From the NCBI GenBank assembly GCA_001443375.1, contig LDXM01000006.1:18133-82132 (forward strand): 64,000 nt of DNA, written 5' to 3'. The notes under the pieces were generated by a model that was not told where the DNA came from, made no database searches, and saw only the letters and a program-made list of their open reading frames with translations. Position numbers and translations under genes: made by a program. Below, one piece after another: positions 30,053-38,821 of this stretch (positions within the stretch are counted from its first letter, which is position 1; each line of letters opens with the position of its first letter). This stretch comes from Chloroflexi bacterium CSP1-4. Its GTDB lineage: Bacteria; Chloroflexota; Limnocylindria; Limnocylindrales; CSP1-4.

Positions 30053-31485
30053 CTGCCAACCCCGACCTGGACGTCGCGGAAGCGCGCGCCGCTCGTGCCG
30101 TGGCCGACGTGGCCGACCTGCCCCGGCTCGCCCTTGCCACAGTTCGGCGTGCCGATCATGACGTAGCTGCGGGCGTCGGCGACCGCGTCACAGGAGCGCC
30201 AGAACTCGTAGGTGATGCCCGTGTAGGTGGGGTTCTTGAAGAGCCGACCGAGCTTGCCGCCTTTGACCTCGTAGGCCACCTCCGTCGCGAACTGGAAGTT
30301 CAGGCGCCGGTCGTCGATGCTCCAGGAGCGGTTGGAGGCCAGGTAGAGGCCGTCGTCGGTGTCGGCCACGATGTCGTCGAGGCTCAGGCCCTCGCGGGGC
30401 AGGAGGTTGACGTTCGTCATGCGGATGAGCGGGATGCGGTCCCAGCCATCGGCGCGCATGGTGCCCCCGCTGCGCCGGCCGATGCGCGGCGCCGTCTCCC
30501 GCGAGCTGAGATAGCCGCTGAAGATGCCGTCCTGGACGAGCGGCACGCGCTGCGCGGCAACGCCCTCATCGTCCCAGCCGAAGGTGCCCATGCCGCCCGG
30601 CGCCGTCGCGTCGGCGACGATGGTCACGAGGTCCGAGCCGTAGCGGAAGCCGCTCTCGAGCTTGTCCGTGGTCAGGAAGCTCGTCCCCGCGTACGAGGCC
30701 TCGGTGCCGAAGACGCGGTCCAGCTCAGTGGGGTGGCCGCAGCTCTCGTGGACCTGCAGGTAGAGCTGTGACGGGTCGAGGATGATCGTGCGCCGGCCGG
30801 GCGGGCACTGCGGGGCCGAGAGGAGCGCCACCGCCTCGGGCGCGATGCGTTCGGCGTTGCCGGCGAGGTCGAGGCCGCGCACCCATTCGTAGCCCGCCGC
30901 CTGGCCCGAATCGGCGTAGCTGCGGCGCTGGAGCTCGTCGCCCGACACGGCATTGGCCTCGATGTTGGCCACCACGTGGGTGATCTCCTGGTCGGTCTCC
31001 GAGCCGTCGCTGGCGGCGAACGACTTCCACTCCCGCTGCGCGGAGTAGTTGGCCTCGGCGAAGGCGATGCCCGGAGTGCGCGTCATGGCGGCCTCGGCGG
31101 CCATCAGGTCGGCCACCTTCTCCTCGACGGGCACGGCGAAGGGGTCGACCTCGTACGGCGTGCGGTACGAGCCGTGCGCGGGAGGCCGGTCGTCCAGGAC
31201 GACGGGCCGGCGCAGGGTGGTCGCCGAGGCACGTGCGATGCGCACCGCATCGCCGGCCACGCGGTCGGCCTCGGTCATCGTCAGCCCGCTCGAGGCGGCG
31301 AAGCCCCACGCGCCGTCCACCAGCACGCGCACCCCGAAGCCCTCGCTCTCGCCGAAGGCCACGGCCTCGATACGGCCGGACTTCACGGAGATCGATTCCT
31401 CGGCACGGCGCACCACGCGCACGTCGGCATACGTGGCGCCCCGCTGGACCGCCGTGTCCAGGGCGCGCTGGCTGAGGTCTCGCAC
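30046..31485 (-). CDS. tldD: TldD family metalloprotease
   Basis: GVRVLVDGAWGFA, HESCGHPTELDR (HExxGH), WDDEG, RMTN, CGKGEPGQ. Confidence 0.9.
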   Translation of the reverse strand: MRDLSQRALDTAVQRGATYADVRVVRRAEESISVKSGRIEAVAFGESEGFGVRVLVDGAWGFAASSGLTMTEADRVAGDAVRIARASATTLRRPVVLDDRPPAHGSYRTPYEVDPFAVPVEEKVADLMAAEAAMTRTPGIAFAEANYSAQREWKSFAASDGSETDQEITHVVANIEANAVSGDELQRRSYADSGQAAGYEWVRGLDLAGNAERIAPEAVALLSAPQCPPGRRTIILDPSQLYLQVHESCGHPTELDRVFGTEASYAGTSFLTTDKLESGFRYGSDLVTIVADATAPGGMGTFGWDDEGVAAQRVPLVQDGIFSGYLSSRETAPRIGRRSGGTMRADGWDRIPLIRMTNVNLLPREGLSLDDIVADTDDGLYLASNRSWSIDDRRLNFQFATEVAYEVKGGKLGRLFKNPTYTGITYEFWRSCDAVADARSYVMIGTPNCGKGEPGQVGHVGHGTSGARFRDVQVGVGRW

Positions 31486-31508
31486 GACGCCGGAGGATAG
31501 CAGAGGCG

Positions 31509-32186
31509 TCAGATGCGGGGCTTCGCGTCCTGCGGGCGGAGGTCGCGCGTCGTGGCCGGGAGGACCAGCGGGGTCTCGCGCGGCATGACCTCGATGACCA
31601 CATCGGGCTGGGCCACGGCGATCCGCCCGATGATGCCGCCGGCACGGCTCAGGACGGCCTGCAGCGCCGAGGGCGAGCCGATGGCCTCGATCCGGATCTC
31701 CGGCCCGAGGGGCGCGCCGACCAGGACCAGCGCGCCGGGCTCGCCCCCGACCACGGAGCCGGGCACCACGCGGACATCCCCGATGGCGATCGCCTCAGCG
31801 CCGGCCAAGCGGAGCTCGTCCACCAGGTCGTTGACGGCATCGGCCGTGATCGGGCCGTCGATGACGACGACCACGCCCCTCCCCTGCACCGGCTCGAGCC
31901 CCGACCAGCGCCGCAGGCGCAGCAGATCTGCCTCCAGCTGTCCGACGTTGGTCCGGCCGCTGGCCGTCGCGTCGCTCATGTCGCGCAACTGCGCCTCCAG
32001 CTGGGCCACTTCGTCGCGCAGCTGGCCGTTGCCCAGGTTCAGGCTCGCGATGAGCGTCGTGAGGTCCTGCGTGCTGAGCTGCCCGAGGCCGCCGGCCGAA
32101 CCCTGGGCGCGCAGCTGGAGGACCAACAGCAGACCCATGATGAAGGCCACCACGGTCATGGCGGCCCGGGCGCGGGGCGCCTTCAC
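31509..32186 (-). CDS. DUF881 family protein
   Basis: TM, coiled coil, GLEPVQGRGV, VDELRLAGAEAIAI, I.AIG. Confidence 0.85.
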   Translation of the reverse strand: MKAPRARAAMTVVAFIMGLLLVLQLRAQGSAGGLGQLSTQDLTTLIASLNLGNGQLRDEVAQLEAQLRDMSDATASGRTNVGQLEADLLRLRRWSGLEPVQGRGVVVVIDGPITADAVNDLVDELRLAGAEAIAIGDVRVVPGSVVGGEPGALVLVGAPLGPEIRIEAIGSPSALQAVLSRAGGIIGRIAVAQPDVVIEVMPRETPLVLPATTRDLRPQDAKPRI

Positions 32187-32944
32187 GGCGCGCTCGACGG
32201 GCTGGGCACCGGGCGGGCCTGCACGAGGTTGATGACACCCGAGTAGGCCGCCACGACCACGTCGCCCGCCGGCACGAAGCCGAGCTGCAGGCCGTACCCC
32301 TGGACCCGGGTCCGGGTGAAGTCGATGAAGCCCGATGCGGTCGTCAGCCGGTCGTAGAGCTCCGGCGGCCCGATGACCGAGATGTCGTAGGGCGGCTGGA
32401 GGTAGGAGCTGTTGACGAGGACCGATGAGCCGATGTCGGTGAGCGCCGTGCTCGCCACGATGCGCTCGCTGTTCACGCTGATGGCCTCCGCACCGGCCAG
32501 CCACAGCTCGGTGAGGACGTCGCGCAGGTCGTTGGCCGAGACGAGGTAGTCGGCCGCCGCGACATCGGGTGGCACCGGCTGGGTCGAATCGTCGAGACGG
32601 ACGACGAGACCGGGACCCTCGAGCTCCACGAGCCCAGCTACCAGGCGCGCGTCGCGCAACTCGTCGTTCAGGCGGCGCACGCGCTCGTCGTTGCCCTCCG
32701 CCGAGGCCTCGGCGTCCCCGATCTGTGCCCGCAACTCGAGGATGCGCGCCTCAAGCTGCTCCTGCGCCGCGCGCAGCTCGTTGGCGGTCTCGAGGAGCGG
32801 CGGGCGCTCCGAACTGCTGTAGCGGATGCGCGGTCCTTCCGTGCCGAGCTGGATGGCGATGAGGAAACCGAGCGCGAGCAGGGCGACGCCGAGGGTCACC
32901 TGCCAGCTCGGGATGCGTCGGAGGCGCGCCAGCAGCCCGCTCAC
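32183..32944 (-). CDS. DUF881 family protein
   Basis: TM, coiled coil, AGL..LEGPGL.V.LDD, DL..V..ELW.AGAEAISVN, PPY.I.VIG. Confidence 0.88.
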   Translation of the reverse strand: MSGLLARLRRIPSWQVTLGVALLALGFLIAIQLGTEGPRIRYSSSERPPLLETANELRAAQEQLEARILELRAQIGDAEASAEGNDERVRRLNDELRDARLVAGLVELEGPGLVVRLDDSTQPVPPDVAAADYLVSANDLRDVLTELWLAGAEAISVNSERIVASTALTDIGSSVLVNSSYLQPPYDISVIGPPELYDRLTTASGFIDFTRTRVQGYGLQLGFVPAGDVVVAAYSGVINLVQARPVPSPSSAP

Positions 32945-34338
32945 GGTCCGTCCTCCGGCCCGGCCGGCGGCGCCGCTGCGGACGACGCGGGACGGCCACG
33001 GCGCACGATGACGACGATGACGCCGGCCGCGATCACGAAGAGGGCCGCGACGATGACGCCGACCAGGAACCCGGTCTGGGCCGCGCCGCCGCCGTCGGGC
33101 CCGGGCGTGGCCGACGGCGTGGGGCCGCCGCTGCCCTCGGTCGGAGCGGGCGTGGCCGAACCGCCCCCGATCGCCCAGTCCGCTGGCGTCGGCCCGGGCG
33201 CCGGTGGCTGCGGGCCGTACGCCTTCGGCTCACGCGCACCGATGTCCTCGAGCCATGCCTGCCCGAAGGCCTCGATGCCGGCGCCGGTGGCGGCGCGGAA
33301 CGCTTCGTCGTCGGTGACGCCGTCCGCGTAGCTCCGGATGAGGTCCACGAGCTTCGCCTCGCTGTATCTCCGGATGAAGAAGTCGACCGCCGCGGTCCCC
33401 TCGGCGTAGCCGAGGTAGAACAGCTCCTCGCGCGCCTGCGGGAAGCCGGATGCCAGCGCATCGAGCGGCAGGAGCGTGCCGCGCTCGATCGCGTTGGCGA
33501 CGCGCTGCCGATCGCCGGAGCCGAAGCCTTCCGAGAGGTACGTCGCGAGGCCCTCGTTCAGCCAGTGGGGCGGATCATGGAAGACGTTCTGCGTGGCCGT
33601 GTCGAAGACGAGGTGGGTCAGCTCGTGCGTGATGAGGACGGGCACCCAGTCGCTGCCGATCTGGTCGGGCGCCACGGCCCCGAAGAGCGTCCGGATCTCG
33701 GCGATCGCGCGGCCGGCGACGAACTCCTTCGTGTTCGGCCCGATCGCGGTCTGCAGCAGCGTCGGGTCGCCGTAGACGTAGAAGTCGATCGGTTCGGTCT
33801 CCGTCACGCCGAGCAGAGCGGAGGCCGAGGCGACGGCTTCCTCGCCGAAGCGCAGGGCGCGCCGGGCGAAGGCTTCGCTGCCTTCGTACCAGTGGATGCG
33901 CACGACGTCACCCTCGAGCGTCTTCCACGTGACGCGATCGTCCTCGATGCGGACGGTCGCCCGCGGGCCGTCGACCACACCGTCGGGGGTGGTGACGCGG
34001 AAGCGGTAGTCGATGACGCCGTTGGGCAGGTAGAAGCCGCCATCGATGAAGTCGACCCGGTACGCGGAGCCGCCCGTCGTGGCCTGGCCGACCTCGCGCG
34101 CCTGGACCTCCTGGACGAACCACGTCTCGGTGCCGGTGAGGCGCGTCATCAACTCGACGCGGGCCGGCGGGGTCGCGGAACCGAACCCCTGTGACCAGGT
34201 GATCGCCTGGCCGAAGCGGACCTCGACCGACGGCGCCTCGAAGGTGACGCTCGTGGCGGCCCCTGCCACCGGCCCGGCGACCGATGCCCCGAACACCAGC
34301 CCCAGCACGGCGACCAGAAGTGCGAAGCGGCGCGTCAT
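32941..34338 (-). CDS. Membrane-anchored gluzincin metallopeptidase (peptidase MA family)
   Basis: Signal peptide; THELTH...P.WLNEGLATY (HExxH + NEG); Pro linker and C-terminal TM. Confidence 0.82.
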   Translation of the reverse strand: MTRRFALLVAVLGLVFGASVAGPVAGAATSVTFEAPSVEVRFGQAITWSQGFGSATPPARVELMTRLTGTETWFVQEVQAREVGQATTGGSAYRVDFIDGGFYLPNGVIDYRFRVTTPDGVVDGPRATVRIEDDRVTWKTLEGDVVRIHWYEGSEAFARRALRFGEEAVASASALLGVTETEPIDFYVYGDPTLLQTAIGPNTKEFVAGRAIAEIRTLFGAVAPDQIGSDWVPVLITHELTHLVFDTATQNVFHDPPHWLNEGLATYLSEGFGSGDRQRVANAIERGTLLPLDALASGFPQAREELFYLGYAEGTAAVDFFIRRYSEAKLVDLIRSYADGVTDDEAFRAATGAGIEAFGQAWLEDIGAREPKAYGPQPPAPGPTPADWAIGGGSATPAPTEGSGGPTPSATPGPDGGGAAQTGFLVGVIVAALFVIAAGVIVVIVRRGRPASSAAAPPAGPEDGP

Positions 34339-36008
34339 CGGTCGGCCCAGTCCAGGCCCGCGAAACGGAGGATGCCGGTGCCCGACACCGCGGTGCCCTC
34401 GAGGCCCGTACGGGCCAGCGCCCAGCCGGCGCGGTAGGCCACCGCGATGGCCGGCGCCTCGTCGCGGACGATCGCCTGGGCGTCAGCGTAGCGCGCCTGC
34501 TGCTCGGCGGGGTTACCCGTGGCAGCGGCCGCATCGAGCGCGGCGTCGTAGCGCGGCTCGCTCCAGCGACCGTAGTTGTTGGTGCTCCCGGTTTCGAGGA
34601 GGAGGCCCAGGAAGTCCTGCGGGGCGGGGTAGTCGGCGACCCAGGACATCGCCCAGAAGGCCGGCCGATCGGGCTCCTCGAGCCGCGCGAAGTACTCGGC
34701 GGACGGCATCAGCTCGAGGCGCAGTTGGACGCCGAGCACGCGAGCGATCTCGGCGGCGATGGGCTCGTCCCAGCTGTAGCCCTGCGTGACGAGTGCGACC
34801 TCGGGGAAGCCCGCTCCACCTGGATAGCCCGCCTCCGCAAGGGCGGCACGGGCGGCCTGGGGGTCGTACGAGGGCGTGAAGTCCGTGTCGCTGCGACCGG
34901 GTATGCCGGGTGGCAGCAGGGACGTGGCGCCGATGGCGTCGGGCGTCGTCAACTCGACGAGCCGGTGCCAGTCGATCGCCTGGGCGAAGGCCCGCCGGAC
35001 GCGGGCATCGTCGAAGGGCGGCTTCGTGGTGTCGAAGCCGTAGTAGTCGACGGTCAGCTCGGTGCGCTCCAGCAGCTGCGGCCCGAGGTCGGCGTCGTAG
35101 CGCACCCACCCGGCGTCGAAGGCGTCCAGCCGGCTGTAGTCGATGTCGCCCGCCTCGAAGGCCTCGACGATCGACGTCTCGCCGAGGTCGAAGACGATCT
35201 CGAGCACCTTCAGCGCAGGCGCGCCGGCCCAGTAGCGTGGGTTCGCCTCCAGCCGGATCGCCGTGGTGGTCTGGCTGGTCGGGACGTAGGCACCGGAGAC
35301 GACGAGACCGAGCGGCAGGAACGGACCCTGGCCCTGAAGGGCCACGATGGCGGCGGCGGGCAGCACGGCCAGCGACGGAGAGGCGGCCACCGAAGGGAAG
35401 TACGCGGCCGGGCGGCGGAAATCGACCACGACGCGATCGCCATCGGCCCGGATGCCCACGCCGTCAGGGCCGCTGCGCCCGGCAAGGCGCTCGTTGGCAC
35501 CCACGACGTCGGAGAGGAGCGAGGCCAGCGGTGAGGGCCGCGCCGGGTCGATCAGGCGCAGCCAGCTCGCGACCACGTCCGCGCTGGTGATCGGCGTGCC
35601 GGCCGAGTCGGTGATGCCCGGCCGCAGCGCGAACACGACGCGCCGGCCTCCGTCCTCTACCGACCAGGTCGCGGCGAGGGCGGGCTGCACGGCGCCTTGC
35701 GCGTCCACCGCGGTCAGCGACTCGAAGACCTGGGCGATCGTGATCGCCGAGCCGTAGTCGCTCTGCATGGCGGGGTCCCAGTCGGCGGGTGCAAAGCCGA
35801 CGATGCGGGCATCGACGTCACCACGGGGGGCCGCCGCGGCCGACTCGCCGCCCGTCGTGCTGGACGGCACGGCCGGTGCGGCCGGTGCTGACCCGTACCA
35901 CGTGGCGGCAGTGACGACCAGCGCGACGACCAGGAGCAGTGCCACCCCCGCGAGGCCCCGCCGGGCGCGTGGCTCGAGCGGCTCGTCGACATCGGCGGAG
36001 GACAGCAT
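34335..36008 (-). CDS. Peptide ABC transporter substrate-binding protein (family 5)
   Basis: WDPA, FESL, PALA..W, F.LR, PPFDDARVRRAF..AID, W.ADYP.P..FL; N-terminal TM. Confidence 0.88.
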   Translation of the reverse strand: MLSSADVDEPLEPRARRGLAGVALLLVVALVVTAATWYGSAPAAPAVPSSTTGGESAAAAPRGDVDARIVGFAPADWDPAMQSDYGSAITIAQVFESLTAVDAQGAVQPALAATWSVEDGGRRVVFALRPGITDSAGTPITSADVVASWLRLIDPARPSPLASLLSDVVGANERLAGRSGPDGVGIRADGDRVVVDFRRPAAYFPSVAASPSLAVLPAAAIVALQGQGPFLPLGLVVSGAYVPTSQTTTAIRLEANPRYWAGAPALKVLEIVFDLGETSIVEAFEAGDIDYSRLDAFDAGWVRYDADLGPQLLERTELTVDYYGFDTTKPPFDDARVRRAFAQAIDWHRLVELTTPDAIGATSLLPPGIPGRSDTDFTPSYDPQAARAALAEAGYPGGAGFPEVALVTQGYSWDEPIAAEIARVLGVQLRLELMPSAEYFARLEEPDRPAFWAMSWVADYPAPQDFLGLLLETGSTNNYGRWSEPRYDAALDAAAATGNPAEQQARYADAQAIVRDEAPAIAVAYRAGWALARTGLEGTAVSGTGILRFAGLDWADR

Positions 36009-36045
36009 GGGATGCGAGTCTAGCCGGACTGGCGCCGGCCGCACC

Positions 36046-36384
36046 TCAGGCCGGGGGTTCGGGCCGGTCGCGCAGGAGCAGCAGGAGCATGACCACTGGC
36101 GTCCGCGCCGTGAGCGCGTGACGCATCCCGGCCGGCATGTGGATCCACGTGCCGGGGCCGGCCTCGCGCCGGTCATCGCCGAGCAGCACCTCGGCCTCTC
36201 CCTCGAGGATGTGGATGACCGCCGACATCGCCGCGGTGTGCTCGGACAGCTCCTGTCCGGCGTCGAAGCCGAAGATGACCACCTTCAGCCGGCCGTCGCT
36301 GAACACCGTCCGGCTGAGGATGCCGTCCTTGGGGATCTCCACCTCGGCCCGCAGATCGGCGAGGAACGCGTAAGGAGCCGTCAT
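36046..36384 (-). CDS. Cupin domain protein
   Basis: FGFDAGQELSEHTA...ILEGEA...MPAGMRHAL. Confidence 0.85.
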   Translation of the reverse strand: MTAPYAFLADLRAEVEIPKDGILSRTVFSDGRLKVVIFGFDAGQELSEHTAAMSAVIHILEGEAEVLLGDDRREAGPGTWIHMPAGMRHALTARTPVVMLLLLLRDRPEPPA

Positions 36385-37472
36385 GGCGCTGCTGAGACCC
36401 ACTCGATCGCCCCGCGCCGGCAGCGTGTGACGCACAGGCCGCAGCGCGTGCACAGCTGCTCGTCGATGACCGCCAGCTTGTCCACGACCGTGATGGCCTC
36501 GTAGGGGCACGACACCGCGCACAGGTCGCAACCGTTGCACGGTGCCTCCGAGACGACGGGCTTCCCGGCCGACCAAGCGGCGGGCTGATCGGCCATCGCC
36601 AGACCGCGCAGCTCCGCCGCCGTCGCATAGCCGTGCTCGTCGAGCCAGGCGTCCAGCTCGTGCGCGATCTTCCCGAAGACGCCCGGCCCACGCAGCATCG
36701 CGGCCGTGCAGACCTGGACTGCGGATGCGCCGGCCATGAGCATCTCGACGGCGTCGATCCCGTGACTGACGCCCCCGACGCCCATGATCGGCACGCGGAC
36801 GGCGCGAGCGATGTCGCGGACGCAGCGGAGCGCGAGTGGCTTCAACGCCGGCCCGGAGAGCCAGCCGTAGCCATCGGAGCCGCCGAGGTACGGCAGCCGG
36901 GTTTCGGGGTCGATGGCCAGCACCGGCCCGAACGAGTTGATGGCCACGATCCCGTCGGCTCCGGCGGCCTCGGCCTGCTCGGCGGCCCGGACCATCTCGC
37001 GGCCGAGCGGACTCAGCTTGACGAAGACGGGAACGTCGACCGCCGCCTTCGCCGCCCGGATCGCGGCGACCATCGGGCCCGCGTCCTCGCCGATGTAGTG
37101 CGTCGAGAGCTCGAGCGCATCGGCGAAGGGCCGGACCCGGGGCGCGAGCCAGGCGATCTCGTCCGGGCTGTAGCCCAGGCTGACGATGAGCGGCAGGCCG
37201 GTCTGGCGCGCCAGCGCGTACTCGTGCTCGAGCCACTGCTCCGGCGGCAACTCCGACCAGAGCTCGGTGTTGACCATGCCATGCGGGATCTCCGCGATGT
37301 TCGGCGTGGGCGGCTCGGCGGCTCGGGTCGAGATCGTCTTGGACACCAGCCCACCGGCGCCGCCCTCGGCGCAGCGGACCATCGCCCGGCCGTCGCGAAC
37401 GGGCGGCCCCGCCGCGGGCAGGATCGGGTTGGAGAAGCGGATGCCCGCGACCTCGACGCTCAGGTCCGCCAT
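36381..37472 (-). CDS. Dihydroorotate/dihydropyrimidine dehydrogenase-like FMN protein with C-terminal 2x[4Fe-4S] ferredoxin
   Basis: NPILPAAGP, KTIS, VKLSP, INS, GWLSG, GVGGV, VQVCTA; CNGCDLCAVSCP and CTRCGLCVTRC. Confidence 0.8.
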   Translation of the reverse strand: MADLSVEVAGIRFSNPILPAAGPPVRDGRAMVRCAEGGAGGLVSKTISTRAAEPPTPNIAEIPHGMVNTELWSELPPEQWLEHEYALARQTGLPLIVSLGYSPDEIAWLAPRVRPFADALELSTHYIGEDAGPMVAAIRAAKAAVDVPVFVKLSPLGREMVRAAEQAEAAGADGIVAINSFGPVLAIDPETRLPYLGGSDGYGWLSGPALKPLALRCVRDIARAVRVPIMGVGGVSHGIDAVEMLMAGASAVQVCTAAMLRGPGVFGKIAHELDAWLDEHGYATAAELRGLAMADQPAAWSAGKPVVSEAPCNGCDLCAVSCPYEAITVVDKLAVIDEQLCTRCGLCVTRCRRGAIEWVSAAP

Positions 37473-38821
37473 GGCGCACCCTCCCCGTGGCGACCGGGCT
37501 CGAAGGGATGGACGTCGATCTCCTCGAGCCGGCCCCACAACCGCGTCGCACCGGCCCGCGTTTGCGCTGCCAGCGCCTGCGGGTCCAGGCGGACCAACCG
37601 GCCGTCGCGGACCACCGGCTCGCCGGCCACGACGACGTCGCGGACCGACGCCGCGCCGATCCCGAACAGCCAGTGCGCGGCCAGGGTCGAGGCGTCGACC
37701 GGGGTGACCGCCGGGTACCCGAGCACGACCAGGTCCGCAGGCGCACCGGGCTCGATGCGACCCAGGAGCGGCTCGCCGAAGGCCTCGCCCGCGACCCGCG
37801 CGCCCTCGGCCAGTCGCTCGAGGGGCCAGGTCATGCCCGTCAGGACGTCCTCCTCACGACGCCGGAAGTAGGCCGCCCGACCCTCCTCGAACATGTCCGC
37901 CCCGATGCCGTCCGTGCCCAGCGCGACCCGCTCGCCGAGTGCGGCGAGGGCGGCCCGACCGACCGCGTTGTTCATGTTCGAGCGGGCGTTGTGGACGACG
38001 GTCGCACCCACCGAGCGGACGATCTCGATCTCGGCCGGGTCGAGGTGGACGCCGTGGGCCAGGATCGAGCGACGGTCGATGGCGCCGGACGCGGCGAGCC
38101 GCTGCACGACGCGCAGGCCGAAACGGGCCTCGGCGTCACGCTCGTCCGCGGCGTCCTCGGCCACGTGGACATGGAGGCCGACACCGCCCTCGCGGGACAG
38201 CTCGGCACAGGCTCCGAGCGTCTCTTCCGAGAGCGTGAACGAGGCGTGCGCCCCGACCATGGCCCGCGTTAGCGAACGAGCGCCGGACGTCGTCGTGGCG
38301 ACGAACCGGGCGTTCTCGGCGATCCCCTGGCGGGCGATCGCCGGTCCATCGCGATCGCTCGTCTCATAGCACAGCAGGGACCGGACCCCGAGCTCGCCGA
38401 GGGCGTCGGCGACGATATCGAGCGAGCCGTCGACGGCCCCCGGCGACGCGTGATGGTCGATGAGCGTCGTCGTCCCGGCCAGCAGCGCCTCCATGCCGCC
38501 GGCGAGGGCGGAGGCGCGGATGGTCGTCTCGTCGAGTGCCCGGTCGAGCCGCCACCAGATCCGCCGCAGGATCTCGACGAACGTCCGTGGCGACTCCAGC
38601 CGGTACGGCATGCCCCGTGCCAGTGCCGAATAGAGGTGGGTGTGGGCGCAGACGTTGCCCGGGATGACGAGGCACCCGCCGCAGTCGATGCGCCCGACGC
38701 CCTGCGGCGCCGCTCCGCCGACCGCGACGACCCGCCCGCCCTCGACGAGGACGTCACCCACCTCCACGACCGGCGGGGCCAGTGAGCGGACGACCGTCCC
38801 GCCGCTGAGGAGCAGCGTCAT
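37460..38821 (-). CDS. SsnA-like metal-dependent amidohydrolase
   Basis: CAHTHLYSALARG, WWRLDRALD, GTTTLIDHHASP, CYETSDRDG, GAHASFTLS, HVHVAE, SNMNNAVG, GTDGIG. Confidence 0.88.
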   Translation of the reverse strand: MTLLLSGGTVVRSLAPPVVEVGDVLVEGGRVVAVGGAAPQGVGRIDCGGCLVIPGNVCAHTHLYSALARGMPYRLESPRTFVEILRRIWWRLDRALDETTIRASALAGGMEALLAGTTTLIDHHASPGAVDGSLDIVADALGELGVRSLLCYETSDRDGPAIARQGIAENARFVATTTSGARSLTRAMVGAHASFTLSEETLGACAELSREGGVGLHVHVAEDAADERDAEARFGLRVVQRLAASGAIDRRSILAHGVHLDPAEIEIVRSVGATVVHNARSNMNNAVGRAALAALGERVALGTDGIGADMFEEGRAAYFRRREEDVLTGMTWPLERLAEGARVAGEAFGEPLLGRIEPGAPADLVVLGYPAVTPVDASTLAAHWLFGIGAASVRDVVVAGEPVVRDGRLVRLDPQALAAQTRAGATRLWGRLEEIDVHPFEPGRHGEGAPWRT

